Positions 45,574 through 58,247 of a DNA stretch of 64,000 nt are shown piece after piece. The notes below the pieces were generated by a model, which was not told where the DNA came from, searched no databases, and saw only the letters and a list, made by a program, of their open reading frames with translations. Position numbers and translations under genes: made by a program. Origin of the DNA: Salpingoeca rosetta (lineage: Eukaryota; Protista; Choanoflagellata); assembly GCA_033442325.1 (NCBI GenBank), contig JAWQFM010000004.1, forward strand, positions 1,357,917 through 1,421,916. The letters run 5' to 3'. Every line of letters starts with the position of its first letter. Within the stretch, counting starts at the first letter, position 1.

Positions 45574-46057
45574 TTGTTTGTGCGGGCGAAGAATCTAAGA
45601 AACGAACGTGCGACTCAGGCGACTGTAGGAGGACTGTCCCGCCCCTTGTTCTCGCTCCCTGAGGGCCATGAAGATCTTGAAGATTGCATCGGTCAACTGT
45701 CGTGTCGTGCTTTCGCTGTCAAGCAAGCGAGGCGCTGCTCGTGCTGCTGTCCCCGTGTTCAATCGGATCAAGAAGAGGAGAACAGTGGACGGGATGGAGC
45801 AAAGCAGCAAGAGGAAACAGGCCAGAACAGAGAAACAGGATGGCACTCATTGGGAGAGGATGAGGTCAGGGAATCCTGAGAGAGAAGCAACGCGGGCTCG
45901 TGGCGACAGCGACACAAGACAAGGAGAAGGAGAGAAAGGGGATGAGGAAAGGAAAGAAAGGGTTGAGAAGGACTGAAGGAGAGGGGTGCACAGTCTGATC
46001 CAACATACACACACACATACATACACACGCACGCACGTATGCGCGCGCGCGCACACA

Positions 46058-47341
46058 TCAGCATCCCGGGTCAATGACGAGAACAGACTCAGAGGAAGAC
46101 GGAATGCCGTAGATGAGGCCGTTTGGACCGAGCACGCCATCGAACCACTTGTTGTCGCCGGCAAGACCGCTGATGGTTGTTGTATCAGTGACGTTTGTTG
46201 TTGGATCGATGATGAGAACTGAGTGTGATTTGTATGGGATGCCGATGATGTTGCCGTTGGGTGCAAGCACGCCGCCGACCCACTTTCCAGAGCTTGTTTG
46301 CTCGGCCACGACGAGCTCGTCAGTGGCGTTCGTGGCTGGATCGATGACGAGTGCGGTTGCCGATAGCAATGGGATGGTGTAGATGAGCCCGTTGCTGGCA
46401 AGCACGCCACCATACCACTTGGCGTTACTGTCCAGGCCGCTGATGGTGGTGACGTCCATCGTCAGGGACTCGGGATTGATGATGAGGATCGAAGAAGTCG
46501 CACGTGGGATGCAGTAGATGAGGCCGTTGTCTGCTTGCACACCACCGTACCACTTATATTCTTGACTCAACACGCCAGACAGCGTGGTGAGGTCGGCTGT
46601 GTCGGTCTCAGGGTCGATGATCAGCACGGAGGTTGCAGAAGCTGGGATGCCGAAGACGAGGCCGTTGCTAGCCACAACACCACTGTACCACTTGTTGATA
46701 CCAGAGCCGAGCGAATCGATACTTGATGTGTCGACGGTGTTGGTGTCGGGGTCGATGATGAGCATTGTCTCCCTGTGCGAAGGAAACATGTAAATGAGCC
46801 CGTTGTGTGCCAGTACAGCGCCGGCCCATTTGAAGTTGTCGGTTCCCATCCCGGAGATTGTGGTCGTGTCAATGCTATTGGTGCTGGGGTCGATAATGAG
46901 GACAGAAGGGGAGTTGTGCGGGGCGGCATAGACCAAGCCGTTGTTTGTCAGCACCCCGCCAATCCACTTGTACGCAGTTGAGCCGAGCTGGCCAAACGTC
47001 CTTTCATGAACCCTGTGACAAAACGCAGCGTTCAGGGTTTGCTGAGCATCGATTGCGCTCTGCTGTGCATCGATCGTGCTTTGCTGAGCAGCATTGATGC
47101 TCTGCTGTGCCGAAACGGTGCTCATCAGCGTGCTGAGCGTCTCGTGCACGTTCATGCCGTTCACAAACACGGGCTGGCTCATTGGATCGCTCGTGTTGAT
47201 GTGAAACGCGCCCGCATAATCCTCCACCATCGTCACCTCTCCCATAGTGGTAAACGGCATCGAACAGACTGCCACCACCAGCAGCACGGACACCAGCATC
47301 ACACGTGCCTGCAGGCATCCCATCGTTCTCTTTCTCATCAT
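46058..47341 (-). CDS. Intronless predicted secreted coiled-coil + 7-bladed beta-propeller protein (paralog C, tandem with B)
   Basis: 427-aa ORF. Shares HETLSTLMSTVSAQQSINAA and KWVGGVLAPNGNIIGIPYKS exactly with B; ends DPGC*. Confidence 0.9.
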   Translation of the reverse strand: MMRKRTMGCLQARVMLVSVLLVVAVCSMPFTTMGEVTMVEDYAGAFHINTSDPMSQPVFVNGMNVHETLSTLMSTVSAQQSINAAQQSTIDAQQSAIDAQQTLNAAFCHRVHERTFGQLGSTAYKWIGGVLTNNGLVYAAPHNSPSVLIIDPSTNSIDTTTISGMGTDNFKWAGAVLAHNGLIYMFPSHRETMLIIDPDTNTVDTSSIDSLGSGINKWYSGVVASNGLVFGIPASATSVLIIDPETDTADLTTLSGVLSQEYKWYGGVQADNGLIYCIPRATSSILIINPESLTMDVTTISGLDSNAKWYGGVLASNGLIYTIPLLSATALVIDPATNATDELVVAEQTSSGKWVGGVLAPNGNIIGIPYKSHSVLIIDPTTNVTDTTTISGLAGDNKWFDGVLGPNGLIYGIPSSSESVLVIDPGC

Positions 47342-48095
47342 CGTACTCCAAGTTCAAGAAGAGAAGACGTGAAGACGAGCAGAAGAAGAAGGAGAACAGG
47401 AGAACAAGAGAAGTAGGAGTTAAGTGTGCCTTCCTCCTTCAGTCCTTCCTCGTTCGCGTGTCTGTTCGCAGGACAGGCGCAGCTCCAAGAGAAGACGAAG
47501 ACAGGATTGGTTTGTTGTTTGTTTGTGGCGTTTTGGCTGGTTGTGGTTGTGGACGATTGTTGGGAATCATGCATTGGATTTCCAGCCACACACAAGCAAG
47601 TTCACTGTTGTTTGTTGTGTTGTTGTGGAAGGCAGCACGTTGAAACGCATCCATCCCTCAGCCTTCCTTCAACAGCTCATCATTGGACCAACAAGGACAG
47701 AGCACACACCACACGATGTCGAAGTTAACGGCATGAGCTCATCTTGAGGCTTGTTCTGATTACGACCTGTATCTCGCTTCCTCCTCCCTTCTCCACACGT
47801 CTATCTGTGCGTGTCAAAACACCAACACCAACCACATGCCTGCCATTCTTCTTCATACTGTTGACTGTGCGTTCCGACAATGCAAATGTCCAAGGCAGGG
47901 ATGCCAGCATCAAAGGGCCCACTCAATACACAGCAACGAAGAAGACAAAGAACACCCACCAACGGAACAGGAACAGGGTGGGTATTGGAATAACGCTCAG
48001 CAACAAGCAAGAAGAAATGACGCGTTTGTAGATGTAACCAGAGAGATACGAGGTGTCCCGAGGACAGGACACACACACACACACACACCTCCCGC

Positions 48096-49124
48096 CTACT
48101 GAGCGTAGTACTGGAGCACGTGCTGTGCACACGTGTCAATGTCGCTGCGGGTGACGTAGGCCTGGGCGGAGAGGCGCAGCCACGCCTTACCATCCACCAT
48201 CTGCACTGCCACGGCGGTGTTGTGCTGTTCCATCATGTGCGCGTACAGGTTGGCGGCCTTGTCCGCGTCGTCGCTCGGCAGCCGCACCGTGAACATGCAC
48301 GGCTGCATGTCGGCAGGGCACGCGGCCTCTGTTCCAAACAGCTCCACCAGGCGCTCCCGCCCCCATTGCGCAAGGTCCAGGTTGCGTTGCATGAGGTCGC
48401 CGCCGCCGAGCCGCGTGTGGAAGGCAATGCCATCGGAGATGCAGCACATGGCCGTGTAGTCGCGCGTGCCCGTGTACACGTACTGGCGAGCGGTCGTGCC
48501 GTGCGCTTCACCCTGCGTGCCGTCGTCGGCGTCGTCTTGGTACAGGTGCCACTCGCTGGACACCACCGTCGGGTAGACCTGGTAGCCCGGAGCGAGGCAG
48601 AGCACGGCAGTGCCCTTGGGGCAGAACAGCCACTTGTGGCAGTTGCCAATGTACGCATCGACACCCGCGTCGAAGAGCGACGCCACGCTGATGGGGAGGT
48701 GGCCCGGCACGTGTGCGCCGTCAATCACCACGCGCGACACGCCGTGGTCCTTGGCGATGCGCGTCAGCTCGGCAACGGGCAGCGTCATGGCGGGGAAGCT
48801 GACAATGTGGGAGAAGATGGCCACCTTGAAGTGGCCCTTGGGGTGCTTCTGGAGCTCCTGCTCGACAGCGGACGTGACCTCCTCTTGTGCGGAGATGGGA
48901 AACGCCACGGGAACGCTGACGACGTCCCCGCACAGCCCTTGCCGCTGCAGCGCACGTGTGGTGTTCTTGACCATCGGGTATGCACAGCCGAGCAGCAGCA
49001 CGCGGTCGTCCTCGCGCACGCACGTTGCCCGCAGGCACGCGTTCACACCCGTGCTGCCGGCCGGGGGGGATGAAGTGACAACGGGGGAGGGGGGGGGTTG
49101 AGGTGGGACGGTGTGAGAGAGTGG

Positions 49125-49186
<62 letters not shown>

Positions 49187-49632
49187 GGCGGTGTTGGTGA
49201 GCAGCAAGCGAGCGAGCATTGCCCGAGCGGACTCTCTCCCCTGTGCTACCTTGTGTTTTCCACCAAGCAGACAGACTCCAGTGGTGCATCGAGGAAACTG
49301 GCGAGACCTGAACGGCTCTTGGCCACAATCTCCTGGTACTGGCCCTAAAAGGGTGGAGATGGGTGCGAGTATGAGTGAGTGTGTGTGAGTGGAAGGGAGG
49401 GGGAAATCGACAAGCAAACACACACACATGCACATGCAGACAGACACACACGTACACACACGTACGTACGTACCCGGAACCAGACATCGGGCCGTTGCTC
49501 TTGGCGTTGGAGGTACTTGACGTGCTTGTCCATGACCACCTTTGGCACTGTTCCAAACGAGCCATGGTTCAGGTTCACGTAGCCAGGCTCCAGCAGCAGT
49601 TCCGCTTTCACCTCCTCAGCAGTGGGCGCCAT
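48096..49632 (-). CDS. Class-V PLP-dependent enzyme (Egt2 hercynylcysteine sulfoxide lyase / L-cysteine desulfhydrase / isopenicillin-N epimerase-like), 3 exons
   Basis: YVNLNHGSFGTVP, VCLVENT, VVIDGAHVPG and YIGNCHKWLFCPKGTAVL (PLP lysine). Confidence 0.88.
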
Positions 49633-49828
49633 GATCACAGACGGCCTCCGTCGTGTGTGGTGTATGTGTGTGTGTGTGTGTTGTGATGAATGGATCAGGT
49701 GATGATGGTCAGCGAGGCAACACAGTGCAAGGCAACACAAGCAGGCGATGTCGTTTATGGTTTGTGGTTGTTCGCCTTCCAGGGCAGTGTGCATTGCGGA
49801 GCATTTGCTGTATCTTCCAACGAAAATC

Positions 49829-50621
49829 ATGGCCGAGCCAAAGGCGAAGAAGTGCGTGTGCGCGCTGGTGGTCGCTGTGGGGTGTTGTTGTGGACTGGCT
49901 GGATGGATGGTTGTGATGGATGCATGGATGAGGCACGAAGCAAAGGGGGAGCGGAGAAGAGGATATGGGAACAGCCAAGACGATAAGGCACACACGTGAT
50001 TGTAGAAGCATGACCAGCACTCATGTGAAACACCGCATGCGCACACGCACACAGGGCGCGCATGGACCTGGGCGAGCTCACGCCCCACAACGTGAAGCAG
50101 TTCAAGCTCATCAACAAGATCATCTTTCCAGTCTCATACAGCGACAAGGTATTGCGTGTGTGTGCGTGTGTGTATGTATGTGTGTATGTATGTGTGTATG
50201 TATGTGTGTGTGTGTGTGTGTAAGGTTTGGCACGTGGGTTGTGCTGTTTTGCTTGCGCGCTGACACTCTCACAACACGTTCGTGTATGCTTGTGTAGTTC
50301 TACAAGGATGCCGTTGCAGCAGGCGAATACGCAAGGCTCGGTGAGTACTTATTGACAGTGATACGCGTGTGGATGCCTGTGGACGCCTGCGTATGCTTGC
50401 GGATGTGAGGTCTCTCTACTCTGCAGTTGAAAGAAGGAATTGGCACTGCTCCGCTCACGCGATGCATTTTGTTCCTTCCATGACGACCACTATGATGAAT
50501 GTGCAGCGTATTTAGACGACCTTGTCGTCGGTGCCGTGTGCTGCCGCGTCGATGGCACCAAGATCTACATCATGACCCTCGGGTGCTTGGCGCCATACCG
50601 CCGCCTCGGCCTCGGTCAGGG

Positions 50622-50674
<53 letters not shown>

Positions 50675-51629
50675 CGTGTGCGTGCGTGTGTGTGTGCATG
50701 TGTGTGTGTGTGTGTGTGTCTGTTTGTTGCGCACACTTTCCTGCGCTCCGGTCTGTCTGCTTGATCCTCACACTCTGTGTTTTCCCTGTTTGCTTCCCAC
50801 GCCTTTGCTCAGGTCGAATGATGGTGGAGCACGTGATGAACTTGGCGCGGAAGGATAAGAAGGTCACCGCCGTCTTCCTGTACGTCAACGGTGCCGCTGC
50901 TCTGCGATTGTTCCACCGCTGTGTGACTGCACTGCTCCTTTCGCACTCGCATGTGTGCGTATATGTATGTGTGTGTGTGTGTGTGCGTGTGTTGTTGTTC
51001 CATGATGACTTTGCTTCTTACGCCGTTGACGTTGTCATATTGACCCTAACACGTTCAGGCACGTGGACGTGAACAACGAGGACGCCGTTGAGTGAGTGGA
51101 AATGCACATGTGATGATGTTGTGTTGTGTTGTGTTGTGTTGTGTTGTGTTGTGTTGTGTTGTGTTGTGTTGTGTTGTGTGTGTGTGTGTGTTTGCATGCG
51201 GGGTCGTTTTGTTGTTCGTGAATGTGGTCTTCGGCATTCTCCGACCATCTACATCTGGTCTGGCGTGCTCACCTGACGCGCTCTGTCGTTACAGGTTTTA
51301 CAAAACGTTTGGCTTTGAGGTGACAGAGACGGTGAAGGGCTATTACAAGGTGCGTGCATGCGTGTGTGCATGCGTGTGGTGTGTGTGTGTGTGTGGATGA
51401 TACAACACACGTACTCATCATAACCGCGTGTGCTCACCACAAACACACGTGCCCACCCTTGTTGCTTCCCCCCTTGCCATCCGCGCGTGTGCAGAAACTG
51501 TCCCCTGGCGACGCGCATGTGCTGGAGAAGAAGGTGACGCACGAGAGCGAGGGCGACAGCAGCAGCAATGGTGATGATGATGAGACCAAGGCGGCTGCCA
51601 AGGCCGACAAGGACAAGGACGCAAAGTGA
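49829..51629 (+). CDS. NAA50: N-alpha-acetyltransferase 50 (San/Nat5), ~8 exons
   Basis: DLGELTPHNVKQFKLINKIIFPVSYSDKFY, VVGAVCCRVD..YIMTLGCLAPYRRLGLG, LHVDVNNEDAV, FYKTFGF..YYK and DAHVLEK. Confidence 0.95.
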
Positions 51630-52069
51630 CGTGTCTGCGTGTGTGTGTGTGTGCTGTGATGTGTTGTGTGTGTGTGTGTGTTTGTGGTGATGTGCTGTTG
51701 TGTGAAGGATTGGAACTCAGTGCGAGAGCATTGGCTGGAGCCACTTCCACTTGCTTGTTGTTGGTGCTGTTTCGTTCCGTTGTTCGTTCATTGGCGGACC
51801 AAGTACAAATAGATTGGCAGTAGTGATCGCAGTGCAATACAGTGATAGCAACGGCAGCCACAGTGGTGGTGAGAAGAACGAGGGGAGGGGAGAGGGGTGG
51901 TGAGAAGAACGAAGAGGGAAGAGGGATGGTGAGAAGAACGAAGAGGGAAGAGGGGAGGGGAGAAGAAGAGTGAGGAGGAGAAGAAAGGGATGGCGGTATT
52001 GACTGCCAACATTCACACAAACACCACCAAGATAATTATCACACGACACGTGTGTGTGTGTGTGCACGG

Positions 52070-52941
52070 TTAGACGGTGATGTTCTTCATCTGTTTGAAG
52101 GCCGGGAGCGACACCTTTCGCATCATGCTCTGCACAGCCAAGAGCGATTGGGGGGGGGGGATGGTGAGGAGGGCGTGTGTGTGTGTCCGTGTGTGTATGT
52201 GTGTGTGTGTGTATGTGTATGTGTGTGTGTGTGTGTATGTGTATGTGTGTGTGTGTGTGTGTGTGTGGGAGAGAGATGGTATTTTCTGGTTTCGCGGCAT
52301 GAGCCCCACCAGGCGAGGGTGAAGCTAAGTCAGCACCAGGATAGGATGCGCCCGCCGGGTGCAATATCCGAGGGAATGGGGGGATAGCGGGATGCGAGGG
52401 GAGAGTGAAACCCGCCCCCGGGTCTGCTTTCTTGAGTCACGAAGAAAAAGATAAAAACGTAAGTCTGTAATGCTCGCCCCAGCGCCGCAGAGGGAGGAGT
52501 GAGTGGNNNNNNNNNNNNNNNNNNNNNNNNNNNNNNNNNNNNNNNNNNNNNNNNNNNNNNNNNNNNNNNNNNNNNNNNNNNNNNNNNNNNNNNNNNNNNN
52601 NNNNNNAAAAGAAGCAAACTATGTCTGCTTATAATTCCCTCTCGTCCGCGATCTGCAGTGTCTTATTACATCCGACTTAATATAGAATTCTATGTCTATC
52701 CCTACCATGTCGCACTCAGCTATGTCGCTCACTATGCGTCGATATGATCAGAATCAGAAATCATCTATCTCATCTCTAGAACTACAAACACATACCCTAT
52801 ATGTTAGTTATATTTACAGACGTAAATTGTGATTAGATGACTTTATATTGTTAAAAAAAAAAAAAAAAAAAAAAAAGTAGTAACAGAAACACATACTTCA
52901 CCTAATATATTTCCAGCTGTGATTCTGCCGTATCTACTGTG

Positions 52942-52994
<53 letters not shown>

Positions 52995-54817
52995 ATGGGA
53001 GACGATCAAGTGCACAGTGGTGGAAGTGATGATGATTTCGGGGATGATCAATAACATTGAGGGCAATCAAGAATCGAGCATGTGTGCGTAAGCTGGTCAC
53101 TTCCAGCTCAGCAGTCATGGTCACGGTCACATTCGCAGCATTGCATGTCATTGCATGGTGTGCACTGTGAGCACCTCATAAGGGCGGCCGAGCGTGTTTG
53201 CGTACACGTTGATGTGTGGCATGCGAATCTGTGTGTATGTGTGTTGTGTGTTGTGTGTGCAAAGGTGAGGGGAAAGGTGGAGATGGAGCGAGGTATGGGC
53301 AAGAAAGGGGACAAGAAGAAGGTGTTAGAATGTCAGAGTGACACGGCACAGATGCAACCAGCGAGCAGAAGTGATGTGAGTTGCACCACACGAGCGAACA
53401 AACAGCAACAAGAGCATCCACCAATCACCACCACATTCACCACCAATCACAGCCCCTCTCCCCCTTTAACTTCTAATAAGAGTACGCACGTCGATGTGGT
53501 CGAGGGCGGATCTGAGCGCGTCCACAGCCGGCTGCATCAGTCGCGTGTGGAACGCACCGCTCACAGCCAGGTACTGCACCTGGTAAGACAGTGGTGGTGG
53601 TGGTGATGTGCGTGTGTGTGTGTGAGGTGTGTGTGTGTGTGTGTGAGGGTGTGTGAGGGCGTGTGAGGGTGTGCGAGTATTAGTGGGTAACGTGAGAGTG
53701 TGTGCGAGAGAGGAACACACACATACACACACATACACACACATACACACACACACGTACACACACGTACATGTACACACATGCCTCAAGTCGACACGAT
53801 TACCTTCATTGCCTTTGATTCGATGCGAAAGCGCACCATCTCCACCGCTTCCTCATCGCCTGTCGCGCGGGAGAGAAATTGGAAGGGAGAAAACGAAGTG
53901 CATGAGCGGTTGCGTCGCACACGCAGTGTACACGTGCACACACAGGCAAGCACAGACACAGACACATACACACACGTACCTGAGATGACGCGAATGCCTG
54001 GGCTGAGAAAGTTGCTGATCTCGGCCGTCTGTGTCATCCACACATGTACACGCACACATGTGAGGGGATGCCAACTCGCCATGGTCGCAGTTGAGCCACC
54101 AAATACACACAGACACACAGACACACAGACACACAGACACACACACAGACAGACAGACACAGACAGACAGACACAGACACACACACACAGACACACACAC
54201 AGACACACACACACACACATACACGCACACCTGTCGTGTGGCTGCTGCGACCTCCTCGCAGGCGGCGGCGAGGGTGGCGTCATCTACGCCAATGACAGAC
54301 AGCATCGTGCCCTGCAGCAAAGGGGAACCAGCGGACCAGTGGTGAGCAGTCCAGCACGCGCACGTGTGCAGCACACGCTTTGACGTGTGTGCAGATACAC
54401 TCAAAAGGTGACAAGCAGGTGACAAGCAGGTGACATTTGTACAAACAGCCACCCACAAACAGACATGCACAGACAGACACAGACAGAAGCCCCGACACAC
54501 ACACACACACAACAAACACACACAACAATTACACACACAGACACACACACGCACCCAACAAACACACACACACACGCACCCAACAAACACACACACACAC
54601 ACACACACACAGACACACCCTGCACACACCTTGTTCTGCTTTGATGCCTCTAGCATCATCTCGCCACGGATCTTGACAATCTTGAGCGCGTCCTCAAAGG
54701 TGATGGCGCCGCCCGCCACGAGCGCCGTGTACTCGCCGAGCGACAGCCCCGCCGCAGCCGTGCACCGCTTCACGGCGTCCGGGTCATCAAGCCGCAGTCG
54801 CTCCAGCGCAGCCAGCC

Positions 54818-54878
<61 letters not shown>

Positions 54879-55719
54879 GTGTGTGTGTTTGTGTTGAGAA
54901 AGTGTGTGTGTATTTGTGTTGAGAAAGGTGACTGGAAGGGCTGCACAACATAAACACGTTTGCATTCACGCGTGTGCGTACGTGCTGTCAAGAGCCTCCT
55001 GGCTGTCTCCCATCACAATCTGCACGTGGTCATGCGGCGCGTCGGAACACACAAAGAGAGTGGGGTGGGGTGCGCGGGGGTTGCGCATGGTCAAGACACA
55101 ACGCATGTGATTGAAGCAAAGCTCGCACAACAACGCAGCAGCCACGGCACTAACACTCCCACCCACCCACAGCAGTCACGCACCTCTCCCCAAGCCCACC
55201 CCCCACACGCACACACTCACACACCTTTTGGATGTCGTAGCCGAGGACGTCCTTGGCCTTGGCGTACATGACTTGGACTGCCGGAATGTCCAGCTCCTTC
55301 TTGGTCATGCCCACCTTCTGCGCACCCTGGCCCGGGAACACAAAGGCGGTCGGAGTCGCGTCTGCCTGCTCAATCCCAGGCATGCGCCGTGGCGTCGTCG
55401 TCAGCATGCTGCGTGTTCTTGGCAAGAGATGCGGTGCCCGTCGTCGTTGCTCTGATAATGCTCGATGGAAATGAACAACTCGCCGCTGCTGCTGCTGCTG
55501 CTGCCCAGGCACGCCGCCACCACCCTTGCTTCTCAACCCACTGTTCACACTGCTACTGCTGGTCCTGCTAATACGACGACCACAACGGCAAGTACTGCCA
55601 CTTATCGAGAAGAAGGTGCGCTGCTGGCGCGCAAAGGCTATCAGAGACCCATTGTTCAGCCCAAGTCGAACAGCGGCCTTTGTTCCGCTCAACACGCAGC
55701 GTCGCATCGTCATCTTCAT
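52070..55719 (-). CDS. MCAT: Mitochondrial malonyl-CoA:ACP transacylase (FabD-like), multi-exon, with a gap in the 3' part
   Basis: Long presequence-like N-terminus, [26 protein letters not shown] (GxSxG), [21 protein letters not shown] and terminal [17 protein letters not shown]. The expected 'QPA' segment was not found, so an exon may be missing. Confidence 0.88.
52507..52606. other. Assembly gap (100 N) flanked by low-quality sequence
   Basis: Run of N, with atypical AT-rich flanks. Confidence 1.
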
Positions 55720-56213
55720 CGTTGTTGTTGCGCCACTGAACAAGCGCTGCAATTTGTGGTGACGGTTATTGGAGATGGGGCCGGTCGATGATGACGCTTG
55801 TGAGTTTGGCGCAGTTGTGACAATGACACATGGCTGGCGCTGGAACTGACACAAGAGCACGCGGAAGGCGCGAGAACCCCCCCCCCACACACACACTTAT
55901 GTAAGAGGAAGATGGCGTGTCACACATGACGGTTACACATAGCGTTGACAGGCACACATCGCCGAGATACCGACGTCGGTTTTAGTGGTGTGTCATATCA
56001 CAGTTACACATGGCTGGCGCTTGAACTGACTCTTTCACACAAGCGCACTTGCAAGGCGCAAGAACCTTTTGCCCACGCCCGCTGTCCTTTGCGACAAGAA
56101 GCTCATCATCCCCACCAAATGGATGCCATTTTCCCGTTCCCCTCCACATCAACGGCAACACATCCTCGTTTTCCTTGTGCTACCTGTTACCCTTATCAAG
56201 TAAGTCAGCCAGC

Positions 56214-56960
56214 ATGACGACATACATCTTCGTTCACGGCTTTCAAGGGTCCCTTGAATCTACCTTCTGTCGCCTGCCGCAAAGCCTCGCTACCACAGTT
56301 GCTGACGCTCGATGCGAAGCCGTCGAGTACGGAGACCTAACTTCTTCCAACATCATGACTGCGGTAGCCGATCTCGTGAACAAAGTGGACGCGTCGGTTC
56401 AAGCTGGCCAGCGCGTTGTCATCGTTGCCCACTCATTCGGCGGCATCGTGACGGGATTGGCCCTACAGCAACACACAGAGCTCATGCACCAGGTGGATCG
56501 GATCATCCTGTATGACTCTCCCATTGGTGGAGTGAATGCGGTGAATCTGCTGCAATCCTCGGTGCGGTCACTCTATCATTATGCGCGGCAACAACCTGTG
56601 CTCGCAGTCGCGGGCCTGCTCACCTTGACGGCAGCTGTTATCGGACTGAAACGGAAGATCCAGCGCTTCATTTCTGCACACGTGGATGGCATTCGCATGC
56701 TAACTGGTGGCGATGAACAGGTCAGCCTCCACCAACTTCGCGACGCCCTTGCGGACTATGCCGAGACACAGCACTTGCACATCGTGAATGTGCAGCCCCC
56801 TGAAAGGAGCCTGCACTGGCTGCGACCTTACCACGTTCCAAACAGTGAGACCGTGTTCTTCCCCTCTGATCAGCCGGCAACATTCGTTCACGCCATTGAT
56901 GTCCACACCCAAATGTTTATCGAAGAGCATCTCGAGTGGCATGTGCAGTTGCTGCGCTGA
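56214..56960 (+). CDS. Intronless alpha/beta-hydrolase-fold protein (DUF676/PGAP1-like serine hydrolase)
   Basis: 248-aa ORF with YIFVHGFQG oxyanion motif, VVIVAHSFGG nucleophile elbow, IILYDSP and a candidate catalytic His in IDVHTQMF. Confidence 0.75.
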   Translation: MTTYIFVHGFQGSLESTFCRLPQSLATTVADARCEAVEYGDLTSSNIMTAVADLVNKVDASVQAGQRVVIVAHSFGGIVTGLALQQHTELMHQVDRIILYDSPIGGVNAVNLLQSSVRSLYHYARQQPVLAVAGLLTLTAAVIGLKRKIQRFISAHVDGIRMLTGGDEQVSLHQLRDALADYAETQHLHIVNVQPPERSLHWLRPYHVPNSETVFFPSDQPATFVHAIDVHTQMFIEEHLEWHVQLLR

Positions 56961-57374
56961 CATCGGCTCATGCCTGTCCTATCGACCGTTGCACACACAC
57001 TTGCTGTGTGAAGTACATTACATATTGTGTTATGTGACATTACCCATCATTAAACGAACATCTGAACCACCAAGTCATGGCCTCACACTTGTCGTTTAAT
57101 GCACAACACAAACCAACCAAAGATGAGAGAGAGAGAGAGAGCGAGCAGAGGGGCTCAAAACTAGACGATCGAGAGAGAGAGAGAGAGAGAAAGGTCGCGA
57201 GACGAGGAGCGACGAGAGCAGATGCAAGCAGGATGGGAGAACGGACGCACACCTTCATCAGATGGACACATCACATCCTCATCACACCCCACTCACAACA
57301 ACCTCAGGCCGCCACCGCACCGCCAAGCGAGGAAGAAATGCTCGTGATGGTGGTGGTGGAGAGCGCTGTGGGGC

Positions 57375-58247
57375 TTACTCGTAGACCCAGGACTCGGTGA
57401 CCTGCTGCCAGTCGTTAAGCTCCTCGGGGGTGAACCAGAGGGCAATCTCCTTCTCGGCGCTCTCGACGGCGTCGGAACCGTGGCAGATGTTGCGGCCAAC
57501 CTCGACGCAGAAGTCGCCGCGGATGGTGCCGGGGGCAGAGTCGTAGGGGCGGGTCTCACCGAGGAGCTTGCGGCCAAAGTAGACGGCATCCGTGCCCTCC
57601 CAGACCTGCAATGACAAGTTGTTTTGTGAGTGAACATGATGGGGATGTGTGTGTGTGTGTGTGTGGGGGGGGGGGGGGGGAAGAAGCGCAAGCATCGGTG
57701 TGCAAGCATCGGTGACAGGAAAACAACTTGTTTGGGTTGCGTGTTTGGGTGGTTGTATAACAAGTGGTTGTGTAATGAGGGGTCATACGACAACTTGTGT
57801 GCAGGAGCAATGCGCACGCTGTAACGCACCATGCAGCAGACAGGGCCGGAGGCCATGTACTTGACGAGGGAAGGGAAGAACTTCTTGCCCTTGAGGTCGG
57901 CGTAGTGCTCCTCAAGAAGCTCGGTGGAGGCCTGCAATACGATAAGGTGGAAGAGAACAAGGTGGGTGAGGTGGCGGGGTGGGGGGAGAGTGAGGGAACA
58001 CACCACGTGGCGACCACAAACACACGCACAGGCACACACACACCCACGCAAACCATACGGTGTCAACGCTGCACACCACCAAACACCCACAAAACACACC
58101 CACACCCACACGCATCAAACGCACCGTCTTGAGCTTGAGAGCGACGAGCTTGAAGCCCTTCTGCTCAAAGCGCTTGATGATCTCGCCAACGAGACCACGC
58201 TGGACGCCGTCAGGCTTGATCATGATGTAGGTGCGCTCGCGAGGCAT
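57375..58247 (-). CDS. ndk: Nucleoside diphosphate kinase, group I, 3 exons
   Basis: [60 protein letters not shown] (catalytic His) and WVYE*. Confidence 0.97.

Noticed and set aside
52265-52935. Atypical sequence and poly-A flanking the N gap in MCAT
   Set aside because: Contig-end low-quality bases; no supportable feature.
54820-54985. MCAT seems to lack the conserved 'QPA' segment (possible inactive enzyme)
   Set aside because: All other catalytic motifs are intact. A missed micro-exon or assembly collapse in the repeat-rich intron is more likely, and this cannot be resolved without RNA-seq.
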